DNA of 63,761 nucleotides, taken from NCBI GenBank assembly GCA_000708835.1, contig DF236969.1, forward strand, positions 322,965 through 386,725. Direction: 5' to 3'. The position numbers and the translations under genes were made by a program. This stretch comes from Klebsormidium nitens (Eukaryota > Plantae > Klebsormidiophyceae). Positions 22,638 through 34,236 of this stretch are shown piece by piece; positions within the stretch are counted from its first letter, which is position 1, and each line of letters opens with the position of its first letter. The notes under the pieces are model-generated. The model made no database searches. It had not been told where the DNA came from and worked only from the letters and a program-made list of their open reading frames with translations.

Positions 22638-25600
22638 ATGGAGGAACAACATCGACGCGCCGCTGCGGAGGTGATCCGCATTTGCCGGGAGCAGGGGCGC
22701 GCCATCTCCCAGATGCTGGCTGCGTACACAGTGCGGGCTGTCCTGCTGCAGAACATGCAGAAGGAGGCCAAGCTGGATGACACCGCCTGGGAGCAGTGCG
22801 TGCGAAGGGGGGTCGAGCTGCTGTCTCGAGTAAGGAGCTGCAGCCGTGACATATGTTGGGCTTGGAATTGCTGCGGCCAATCGAGCTGAGATGTTTGATG
22901 CCATTGGTTTTACCCCTGTCTTCAAGAAGTCCCTTTTGAATGGGTATACTTACCAAGTGGGGTGCAGGAGACGCCCATTGAACCACTTCTTGAGTGAGCT
23001 CCTAATCTGGAAGTTTGCCTTTCTAACAAGGCAACCTACTCTCTTATTGGAATCTGGTTGATTTGAAACATTCTGTCTGTATATTTGCACACAGACATGC
23101 GGGCAGAGTTTTTCATATTTTTAAGGGTACCGACTGGGATTCTCTATTAAAAACGGTTTGATTGATCTTTTGTGCAGAAAGAGTCAGCAGCTACAGAGAC
23201 ACTGGCCTTACAAGTGGCTGTTGATGCCACTTTCCTACGAGAAGGCCAAGCTGTCGAGGCAGAACAAGTCCAGCGAGACCAGACCGCCCAAAGCGCGCTG
23301 AACGAGGCAGTGCAGATCAAGGTACGCAACCAACTGTGCTCCTGTACTGAGTTCCTTCCGGAAAAGCTGGATAGCATTTTCCCCTGAAGAGTGGTGCTTA
23401 TTCTAAATTCTGAGCAGTACACCTCTTGGGTGTGCGGTAGGTAAGCAAGACTGCGAGGAACACCACCTCTGCTTTTCAAAACGCAAGCATTGCCCGATGA
23501 AGCATCCTGCGCGAGATCGTCAACTTGCCTCGAGCTCTCTGTTCAGCTGGTTGGCTCGAAGCCAATACCGTTCAATCATTTTCTCTACAAATCCTCATTG
23601 CCAATCGAGCGGCCTACTTTCAGTACCGAGGCTCGCCATCTCTTGATCTGGTGGGTTCTTGACATTCCATTGGTGTCTCACAGGTCGTGACCGAAAGGGA
23701 GGAGGCTGTGGCGCTACAGAAAGAACAGCTCAAGGTGTTTGAGTATGTCGCGTTGAGAAATGGGCTCCGAACAGGTTTAGCGGACACTCCAACCACGGCT
23801 GTTGCGGAAGCAGAAACGGCTGCCGCCCTGGAAAGCGTTTTCCCGTGGCACAACCTGAGGCGGTGGATGACATTTGGCAAGAATGAGAAAGCGGCACAGC
23901 TGCAGGCAAGTAAAAGAATCTCTCCCCCCTGCGTTCTGAAGCATAGTGCTTGTAGAAGGTGGCAAATTGACCGTCTGGGAGACGTTATGGCTTCTCTTCA
24001 TCATCACGTGATTCTAACGGGAACACCAAATTCCCTCTACGCAAGTCAACGACAAGGCCGGAAATCCACATAGCAACCGCTCCTTCTCAAGCGAAAATTA
24101 GTCCAAGTTAGAGGCCGGCTCATCATCACGTCATCACCAGCCATATCCCAAACCTTCAGCCGCCGAAAAGTTTCCGTTCTCACTACAGGAGCTGGCAACG
24201 ATCACGCTGGGTATCCGGGTCTTAAACAAGTTTCTGGGCAAGGGGGGCGTCGGGTTAGAGATGGGGGCCAGCCAGTACCAGGCCCGGGGCAGGGCGCTCG
24301 CAGAGCGGCTGGACCAAGAGCTGACGTGGGTGGCCAAGCAGATTGAGCAGGGGACGGCGGTGATCAATCACCGGGCGCAGCGCTACCGGACACAAGAAAA
24401 GGAGGTGAAGCTGCTCAGGGACGAGCTGGTGTACCGGTGAGCGCCCCGCGCACCTTTCGGCGTCCCAGCCGTTCATGTAGTGGACTCCTTTGCGCAATAG
24501 ATCTTGTGCCAATGCGAAAGCAGTCTTACCACCACGGTAAGAATACGCTGCACGGAACCTTGATAAGGATCTCCGCTGCGAAGCGGACTGACAGCGGATT
24601 TTTGATGGGCTCTTTTACAAAAATTTCTACGAAGTTCCCTCTGAAGTTCACCTAACCTCCGGATCAGAGTATCTGTCACCCTTCGGAGAATCCGACAAAC
24701 TCTCAAGATCTCGCCTCGCCGGGAAAACTACAGCTCGTGACAAACTGTCCTGCTCCTCTCAGGTGTCAGTACCAGCAAATGCTCGAGAACGTCGCCCGCG
24801 AGAACACGGAGGGCCTCGCCATTGTGGCGGAGCTCGAAGCCAAGCAGGGCGAGATGCAGGCCGTACTACAGGCGGCGATCGGGACCAAGCACGCGGTGCC
24901 CAAGGATACGGTGTTTCCGCACCTACACGCGCTCGGCACGCTCCACACGGTGCTCCTTGAGGAGATGCGCGTCCTGGAGGCGCGCGAGGGCGCGGCCGGG
25001 GAGCTGCTGACGTGGCGGCAGGTGGGTGATCACGCGAGCTCCTAAGGAGGGAGATCTGAAGTGGCTTGGAGGGTTGGGGAATGGGCTTGCGCCGTCGATT
25101 TCCGGGATAGCGAGGTCACGAGATGAGGCCATAAAACTCTGTGAGTGAGAAGAGGTTGCCAAATGAGATGGCCGCATCTTTGTTTCTTCTGTTCGTCCGC
25201 GTTATCTGGCCCTCGTCGAGCGAAGGACGTTCTGGTTGAGCCTATATCCATTCCCCTTCGCAGGTTTTTACAAACATCCGAGATCATGGCCCTCGCACAT
25301 AAAGCCGCTAGTTGTCAACGTCTTGACAACCCCCTTTTGTTCGCTCCCCAGCCGTTCCCGTCTCAGTACGGTTACGCCGACGTGCAAGAGGCGTACGGCC
25401 GGAGCGGGACCCCAGCGCCCCTTTTGCTGGACGACGCAGGCCCTCGGACGCCCGACGATTTGGCGGCAGCCGAGGCAGCGTCCGGCAGTGCGCGCGTGCG
25501 GCCAGATGACATTCCGGCGGAAGAGGGGGCAGCGATCGTCCCACAGCTGGCGGGGTTTTGTCCAGTGACGCTGGTCAGGCGGAACGGACTACCGTTACGA

Positions 25601-27071
25601 GGTGATCCGTGTAACAGATGATTCTTTGATTGGCTGCTGACGAGTTTTCACTTGGATCCGTTGTGAACTGTCTGTTTAACCAAGCTTCGACGGCAAGTCG
25701 TCTTCGCCTAATTCGCCTCGTGATTCGAATGCAGATTGTCCTTGTAAATGGACTACAGATTCTCCTCGAAATTGGAATACGACTTTTCAACCTTGTCCTT
25801 CTCATAGTGCCAGGTCGGATGCCCCGACTGAATCTAATGCAGCCGCCGCGGATCGCTGAAGAGTGCTTGTCTGTAATCCGAGGCTTTCCGGCAGGAAGCT
25901 TTTGTATACCAGTTCTCTCATGCGTTGCCAATCAAGCTGGAGGTTTTTAAGTCGTGACAGCAGCACTTGACACACGGGATGTCGCAAATATCCGAGTCCT
26001 TTGGATTTCGACCTCCTTGAAGCTGCGTTTTGAGAGGATAAGAACGCGATACAGCCCTTTCACATGCAGGTAACCCGGGTCTAGGATACGTCAAGTTCAG
26101 CGGGGCGCTATACTCTTTTCTCGACGGCGACAGCCTGTCCCGCTTTGCCGCCAGTCCAGCTGCATTTCTGGAGTCGGTCCATGTCCTGGTCGCCACGCAT
26201 CCCCAGCTTGTCAGGCTCTTGGGCCTGCAGAGCTCCTTTCCCTCTCTGAACATCCGGCAGATTGCGCAGGTATGCTACCCTGACCTTTTACACACCCCTC
26301 GTGGTAAAACCGTGAGTGTGGGCTGGAGTGACATAAGATACTCTCAATCAAAGCTGAAGGTGGCTCTGATTCTTGCGCGTCAACCTGAATTTCAGTGCGA
26401 CTGCTAGAAGCGTTGCGTTCACCGCGTCGTTTCACGTCTACGGTAGCTTTCGCCGGAACCTGCACAGTTGTGAAAGATGCGATCTATGTCGGCCCTCTGA
26501 TAGGAAGCTTCTGCTCGCTTACTGGACACGACCGGGCCGTCTTTGGCACTATGGCGATAAAAAGACGAAGCCGAAATCTGGTAATCCTGACCAGCCATCG
26601 AAAGGACCCTAGGACTCAACAAGAGCTCTCGCTTCTAGTAAACCATGCCTCTGGTCTCCCGAAAGCATTTTATACGTCCGATGCGCTGCACGAACGTCTT
26701 TCTCCTATCTAAGCAACTCGCTGTTCTTCCTGTAGTCCCTCGCTGCGCCTCTGAAGTGCGACTTCGGCACGCAAACCCCGACGCACTTCGTGGAGAAGCA
26801 TTTGGATCACAAGTACGAGTGGAACGAGTGGGCGCTGCGGCGGCGCGCGCTGCAGCTCGCGAACCTGCGCACCAAAGCCACGCACAGCGCGCAGACGAAC
26901 CTGAGTCACTTCAGACGAGACGGGGAGACGCAGGTGCGGCTGCCCAAGGAGGCGGCCACGCAGAGTGGGATTGCTGGGACCAACAAGATGACCAAAAAGG
27001 TGAGGGGACGGAGAATGATTGAAAAGGATGGCGCAATTGCGACTTGTCGGATAGGGAGTGGATGCGGGTGA
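22638..27071 (+). CDS. CFAP206: Cilia- and flagella-associated protein 206 (FAP206); multi-exon, 3' end uncertain
   Basis: Motifs ETAAALESVFP, QLQ/ELATITLGIRVLNK, AVPKDTVFP, GFCPVTL and YEWNEWALRRRALQLANLRTKATHSAQTNLSHFRRD match CFAP206. Confidence 0.92.
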
Positions 27072-28205
27072 CAACAACTCCGTACTATCGCATACACGTC
27101 TCCTCATGTGGCCACTGAGAATATCGGAGGAAAAGCTCTATGCTGATCTAGTCGAGCATACTACGTTCGCTTACAAGGAGGACTCTTTTCAGTTTAGGTG
27201 GAGTTTCCTGGGACTCCTGCCCTGGTCAATACATCCTTAGGGGGAAAAGCCTTATCTGCTGAGCCCCTTGCTAATTTTCCAGTGGGCTTCACCGCAGACA
27301 AAATCGTGCATTCGATGACAACTTCAGGTATCGTCCAATGACGTGTTGTCCCCTGCACAGCTAAGGGCCAAATCATTCTTATCATGCAAAATCTTGCAAA
27401 TAAGGCATAGTCCGTGTCTTGCAGGTCCGGTACGTAGCAGGACTTAGGGGAGCACCAACGGCGAAGATGAATGTGGTAACTCTTGGGCTTGACGTCTAGA
27501 CTGCCCTGTTACAGGAACACGTTGAGCCTTAGGAGGCGAATAAGCGGCGCAAGCTTGTCGTTGCAAATTCTACTTTACTCCCTGTGAATTTGATATGGCG
27601 AGCAATTTGATCTGATTTCAGGCAACATTCACAGTAACCCGGACTGCTTGCAGTTCAATGTTGTATGCAACTCTGAGAAATACAGATGAAGACAAACAAA
27701 GCATGTATGGTTCTGTAAGCTGCGTCTGCGCTTTGTTCGAGCGAGCGCTACGAGGTGCCTACGTACAAATCTCATAATGACAAGTCACATGGAAATTATG
27801 CATAGAGTCGCCGGGCCGAGAGGTCTAGCTTTTTGAATACAATTGCTGGAGCACGCATGGATTCGATCATGAGCACGCACTCATGTTGACTTCTGACTTG
27901 CCAAACCCAGCTCAGCGTCCTGAGTGGCCTCGCCACACTGCTATAGAGGCGCTGGAAATGCACCTCAAGCGGTGGTCGATATGTTGATTGTAGATCCTGT
28001 AACTTAATTGTTTGTCTAAGCTAGCAGACACGGGCTGGGCGCTCTTTGAGCACTTGACGACAGAAACTGTCCAAGAGATTTGCAATACGACACGAAAGGG
28101 GTCTTTTGACGGTGCTTTGCAGGACTCTTTATGTCTGGAGCTGTGATCAGGTCTACAATATTAACCTACCAACTGACTTTTCTAACTAAAGAAGAGCCCA
28201 ACCTT

Positions 28206-29687
28206 CTACAGTCTTTGATATCTTTCTTGGACGCGTTCCTTGAGAGAATCGGGTTGTCCACCTGGGCCGCCTGAACGGACTGGATGCGGACCGCAATAGG
28301 CGCTGATCAAAGGTCCCGCAGCGCGCTTCTAGCGTTCAGCCAGATACACAGCGGATTTTCTTGAAGGGCTAATGATCAAATGTACTAAGAAACGGCTTAC
28401 ATGCGACAAAATTGTTCCAATTCAACGTCATGCTTCAATTCGTTCAGTCTCAGCCAGTCAACCGGAGAGACAGATTGAAGTGATGGGACGTGACGACGCT
28501 TTTCAATTTGTCCTGGATCGACTCCTCGATCATTCTGCTCCTACCTGAGAGCCTCGCAGATGCCTCCTCGCGGCGGTCGAGTGCGACAAGGCGGGAAACG
28601 AACTCGCAAAGTTCCTTCATGCCTCCTTTTTGGACAATCTTGAGTTTCTTGATCGCCAGTATTGCTTGCTGCTCAGCCAGTGACGTCATCCTTGTCACGT
28701 GGTCCGCCATCTCTTGCAAACTTGGCATCGAGACGAGTGTTACTTCAGCGCTCTCGTCAGGTCGCAATCTGTAAAAGCAGGAACTCGAAGGTGTTGAAAA
28801 ATTGTATCAGTACAACAGGCGGAATTTCACCAAACGCCAGAAAGTTGCTGCTTAGAAACCTCCCCGTATCTAATGGTTAAATGTCATCTGCAAGTCTATA
28901 TGAAGTAGGGCAACTTCAGGTGCCTCTTTTTCCGGGGCCTTGCTTCATGTGGGCTATGGCTTTTTAAGGTCGTTCCTAAAGAAGCTTCCTGCTCGCCTAG
29001 CTCTTTCTTGAGATTGGAGGTCACGTGGTCGTCTGAAGCGACCAGGATCGTCCGGGCCAGCCCGCTGATGTGCAGACGGAGGAGCAGGCGGACGCTCGCG
29101 ACGGCATCCCACGAGAGCTCCCAATCCTTATCCTCGTTTTTAGAGAGGCCACTCTTTGAATTGTCCAGAATAATAGTTGCCGGCTCTCGGTCCTTGGCGT
29201 CAGACAGCGACAGGATCTTCTTCAACAGTGGCGATGATGGATCAAGTCCTGCGAAGACAATATTCTCACTATTGGTGCATCACTCGGGCCACGTCCTCGA
29301 ACCCTTTGACTTCAAGCAGCCCCATCGCACATATTTTTGGCTTGCCTGCGGGCAGCATTCCACAAGGTTCGCGGACACGCAACTTTGCTCCAAAAGATAT
29401 TAACGACATCGACGCTTTCTTTGAACGAGTGACGGACCCGCTTTTCATTTGAACGAGCACTTCAAATCGGAGCCTTCTTTCGTATCTCTCCTCCTTCTCT
29501 CCTCACCTTTGACAACGTACCTCCTCGTATATAGCCTCCTCATGGCGGCCTTGCACGCGGCCGCGCCTGCATCTGGGTTTCGAAGGCTCGATGTCTTGAT
29601 CATTGCACCGTCGATTAGTAACTTGCTTCTTTGGACGGTCAAAGGTCGTCGACCCGAGTTCACCTGAGTCCATTTGCTGCCGTCCAA
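28206..29687 (-). CDS. Uncharacterised P-loop-NTPase-like protein, copy A1; possibly degenerate; boundaries uncertain
   Basis: Exons at about 29249-28996 (ATIILDN, Walker-B-like) and 28767-28530 align with copy A2 at about half of residues. No canonical Walker A was found; the closest is GMLPAGKP. Confidence 0.4.
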
Positions 29688-30120
29688 GCTTCTACCTAGG
29701 GCTACAGCCGTCGATGGGACAGGTTGCTAATTCAAAATTGATCAGCCTGCAGGCTGCAGCAGAATGATGAGCCTGACCTCAGACTCAGAGTCCAGAGTTG
29801 GATCAGACTCGAGGGCCGCGGGGGCATCATCAAAGATTCATCATGGATGAATCCCTCAGCAGAAGTTGAGCACCACTCGCAAGACGCCGCTCCTGCAGAG
29901 GGCTGCATGCGATGCTAGGTTTCGGAAGAGGCGCGCATGGCTGAGGGAATGTGATTCAACCTACGATCTTCAGGTATTTAGCTTGCGGCCGCTGAGCGCT
30001 ATTGTGCTGAGCGCGCCGCCGGTTTTTCCCTTCTGAGTGGCGCCTAGCAGGCTCACTCTCACTACCTTTCTCGCTGTCTTTGACCTCCTGTTGGCAACTT
30101 AAGAGTCAAGCTGAAGCAGA

Positions 30121-32599
30121 ATGGCTGAGCCTGGGTTTAAGGAAGGCGTCCTCCGCCACCTGGCCGCAGGGGAGTATAGGAACCTGGTGTCACACGCGTG
30201 GGTACATCATTTCCTTGACCGCATGGCTGAAGCAGACGGGAACCAAACGCTGTGGGATTTCATGGGAAGCTTGAGTCCCCCTAAAGCGCACAGCCCACAA
30301 ACTGCTCCGGGGGAGGTTCAATACATTGAGCCGGTGCTGACGATGAAATGGCGAGGGGTGGGACGAGTCAAGGCGAGCAGGGGATACAGGTCTTCTGAGG
30401 GGGTGGACATCAACTCGCTGGCACTAATGCGGCCTGGGGAAGGGTAAGTGAATGATCACAAGAGGCTGCACTCTAGAAAGGACTGGGTGGTGGGGTTTCT
30501 GGAGCCACTTCCTAGAACGGAGGAGGGAAAGGCAGCGTGGAAGGTGGCATTGTCGTCTCCTTTTTTGTTGGTTCCTCTCTGCCTGCGCCCATCTTCTTTT
30601 ATCCTTGTCTACTTTGTATGGTGAACGCTGACTGTATGGCTGCAGCATTGTGGTTTCTTAGTGGTTTTACTCTTTTTGAGGTTATTGGGCTTGGAGTGGT
30701 TGGTATTTCAGAGATACCCTGTTCACTCAAGAATTGCATGGGTAGCTAGCGAACAATACCTTTCAAGATCAACAATTGGGCTTGATAAATACTTGGGTTT
30801 CATAAACCCAAGTGCCGAGAGCTAATTGGAGGTGTACTGAAGGGCAATGCTACAGGTGGCAATCACTGTTTCGATACAGCAGCTTGAGTGCCCGCTATAC
30901 CTACATTGGTACATCTTGATAGCAGTGCATTAAATGAGCCTTAGGATCGTGCAGTTGCAATCTGATGGACTCACCCTGCTCTTGTCGTCCATCAAATAGA
31001 GAGCGTCTCTAAAACCAGGAGGAACTAAAAGCCATGAGGCTTTGCATCTCGTAACAGGTTGATTTGACGCGCCTCAAGTGGCCGATCCTGCATTGTGTTT
31101 CTTTGAACGCTTCTCCAATATTTTTCCCAACAGATCATTTTCTCGTTACGCCGGAAGAGAGTATTCGTCTGCAATTGATTGGCTCAACAGGAATCTACTG
31201 CTAACTCGTCTTTTCTCCTTCTTTATACTCTCAACACTATTTTCACTGGGCATGTCAGGATCTTCAATTTCCAAAGCAAATGCGCACGTTGTTACTATTT
31301 TGAGTGACAAACTGGTGAATGCCCCGCAGCAACATTTTTGGCCCTCTTTGTCAGCTTCAACAGGTCTTCATTTCTCTAGTAGACTAGGAAGAGAGTCGCC
31401 GACTCGCTGTATCCTTTGGTAGAATCTGCGCAAGTACTCAGGATTCTCTTACAGGTATCAGGGACCTTCAAGAATCTCAGAATATGGATTGCTATCCGCA
31501 GGCAGTGACACATGCCCTGTTGGACGACTTCCTCTTCATGCGCCTGAACTTCAAGGACAATGAGTACAACATTCGTGGAAACGTGGTTGGTTTTCCAGGC
31601 GGGGATCGTGCAAAAAGAGCTGGCGCATCGGATGCAGACGAGGTCCAGTTAATGGTAATATGTCCAGCAAGGGACGAGAACGGAGGCCATTGCTGGACGA
31701 CTACGACAAGAGACCTGCTAAAGGCAAGAACATTTGCCCTTTTTTGCAACATAGCCGTTTTCATAATTAGGGCGATGTGGACGCATGAGATTCTTGGGAC
31801 AGCAGATCAGTCCTGACTGCTGCATGTCATCAATCAAGTTCTGTTAGTGGCTTTCCCGCTCCTGCGATAAGATATTTGATTAACGGTTCTATCGGTGATG
31901 GACCAACGTTTAGGATTGATTGAAAAGCTATGTGACTCTTTGCAGGCAAAGCGGTATGACGAGATCTTCCAGTCGGGCCAGCTCGTTGTGACGCGCACCC
32001 GCAGGCAGCGGTGGCCGTACTCTGCCGCAGCCGTCATCTTTGTCCGGAACCGGGACAAGGAGGCTGGGGCTGCCAAGGAGCGGCTGCACATTGTGGACAT
32101 CCTGTTAGACCAGACCAAAGTCCCCACCTTCGAAGGGGGCACTAAACTCGGCGAAGTCGTGCACCAGGTCTTGCACGGGTTCGTCGTCGGTGTCGGACGG
32201 GGAATGGATCGAAAAAGCGGAGACGGACGGGGGGAGAAGCCGACCGAAGCACACAATGCACCAGATGTTACGAAAGCAGACAGTGGAGAGGGAGCGCTTG
32301 AGATCTCTCTTGCAAACAGCGTGCTCATCAACGAGAAGTGGCTGGAGTTTGGAGATTGGAGGACGGAGCTCACGGCCGCAGTCGAAAGTCTCGGTTTTGT
32401 GAAAGAGCGGGGAGGGTGGCTGCATGGGTCTAAGCGCTGCTCGAAGTGCGGCGCAAGCGGCATAGCAATCAAGACGTGCGGAGGGTGCAAACGTGCTTAC
32501 TACTGCTCGAAGGAGTGCCAAATGGCGGCCTGGAAAGAGGGGCACAAGGCGGAGTGTAAACGTGCTAACTCGGCAGCGGCGGCTCAGGATGGATCATAG
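30121..32599 (+). pseudogene. MYND-type zinc-finger protein, copy M1; carries an in-frame TAA at 30445-30447, so it is either a pseudogene or rescued by splicing
   Basis: C-terminal CSKCGASGIAIKTCGGCKRAYYCSKECQMAAWKEGHKAEC is a MYND finger. It is colinear with M2, and the TAA aligns to GAA in M2. Confidence 0.55.
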
Positions 32600-34236
32600 A
32601 TTGTAGCATAGTTTGTCTGCACAAATTTACTCGCTTCCTAGAAAGGTCATATCAATGGGAACTCGTGTGTGAGAGATCGAAACGCCGCAATATGTGTGCG
32701 ACATGGTGTGGCACGTATGCACTTGACATAAAGAGCAATATATTACCTTGACAATCACGGTAGGGACTCTGAGAATCGCAAATCTGTACAGTCGCGTGTC
32801 ACTGTCGGCTCAACGATACTAGTTAGTGTAAGACACTGCCCTGTGACTCGAGCTGGATCGACCAACTCGCTTGCATGTTCTTGCGACCGCGTCTCCTAAT
32901 TGTCTGTCCAAGTCACGGGAACTCTATTGCTTGCAAAGCAGCTGTTGCTCAACCTCCTCTCTTCAGTCGGAAGTTCTAGCTTCAATTGTACTATTTGTCC
33001 CCCGGTCTTTGAGACTCTAGCTGGTGTTCTGGGGCCCGAAATTGTAGCCAAGGTCTTACAAGCTCACGGTACTAAATCAGTGCGGTCATACACAGTGAAT
33101 CAAATTTAAAATATAACATCACTTCGGACTAATCTGCAATTTTAAATACTCTTACATGCACAACGGTGTGTTAGCATGTTGTGCGGCCGGCGACATAACT
33201 GTCGTGGCAGGTTGAGCGGTGTTGTTAATCATCTAGACTTCTAGAGCTATGCAAGCAATGTACCGTGCATGTGCAAACACACGCATTTGTGTTACTTTGT
33301 GATCTCAGACGTGTATACACAGCCAGTGACCTAGATTCAGATTTTGCCGCCGCGCCCTTTGAGAATCAGAGAAGCGAAGGGTGCGTGCCAAGGGGTGGAT
33401 CCCACTAAGTGCATGATTTTTGCAATGAAATTCAAATGCCAAGGTAGCTTGGAGCTCTGGCTGCAGCTAAACCGAACTGGACCAGTGACCACAAAACGTT
33501 TTCAGCAGATTTCAGGTCTCTCTGGACAGTCCAGGTGAGAGCTCTAGACAGGTAAAGTTTAGTCCGGACCACGGTACTACCTATGTAGTATCTTCAACGA
33601 CTTCAAGCAACACTTCAATGGACAGAATGGAGCGCTACTGTCGAACGCGCGCGGCCCGGCCGCGCCAATGCGCGCCCGGCCTTCCAACGGATGAGCAGGG
33701 CTTTGACAGCGGGCTTCCTGGTCACCGCGAAAGCCGTCGATTAGTGAGAACAGAATTTGGACGGTGACGGCCGGTGTGTGGCCAAAAGTGGTTTTTGAGC
33801 GACTGCTATAGAAAAGGCCTTAACTCATTGGTCGCTCACTGAGCACTACCGCTACTGTAGGGTGTATGCAGCATGCTCTCTTCAGAGCCGTCGATCTGGG
33901 GTTGTGGGGCTTTGACCGTCGATGGGACAGGATGCTGATTCAAAATATGGGCCAGTCCGCTTTGCCTGCATTGGCAGACTCCAGAGGTTGTTCGAGAATG
34001 CCATGCCAAATGCTGAGCCATAGCGCCCCGGAGGCCGGCACACCACACCAGTACCGCTCTTCGCAGCTGTTGCAGCAGCTTTCCTACACGCTACCGTTAC
34101 TATTAGTAGTACCGTACCTGGTTCAGAACCGTAGCTCTTTTATTGGCTCCCAGCAAGTGTAGGTATTTACATTGTCGTGTCTCACTTCATTGACCTACTA
34201 CATATTACGGCAACCTAAGAAAGAAGCTGACGCAAG

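Noticed and set aside
22946-22965. ATACTTACC resembling the U1 snRNA 5' end
   Set aside because: Only 9 nt match and no U1 stem-loops or Sm site follow.
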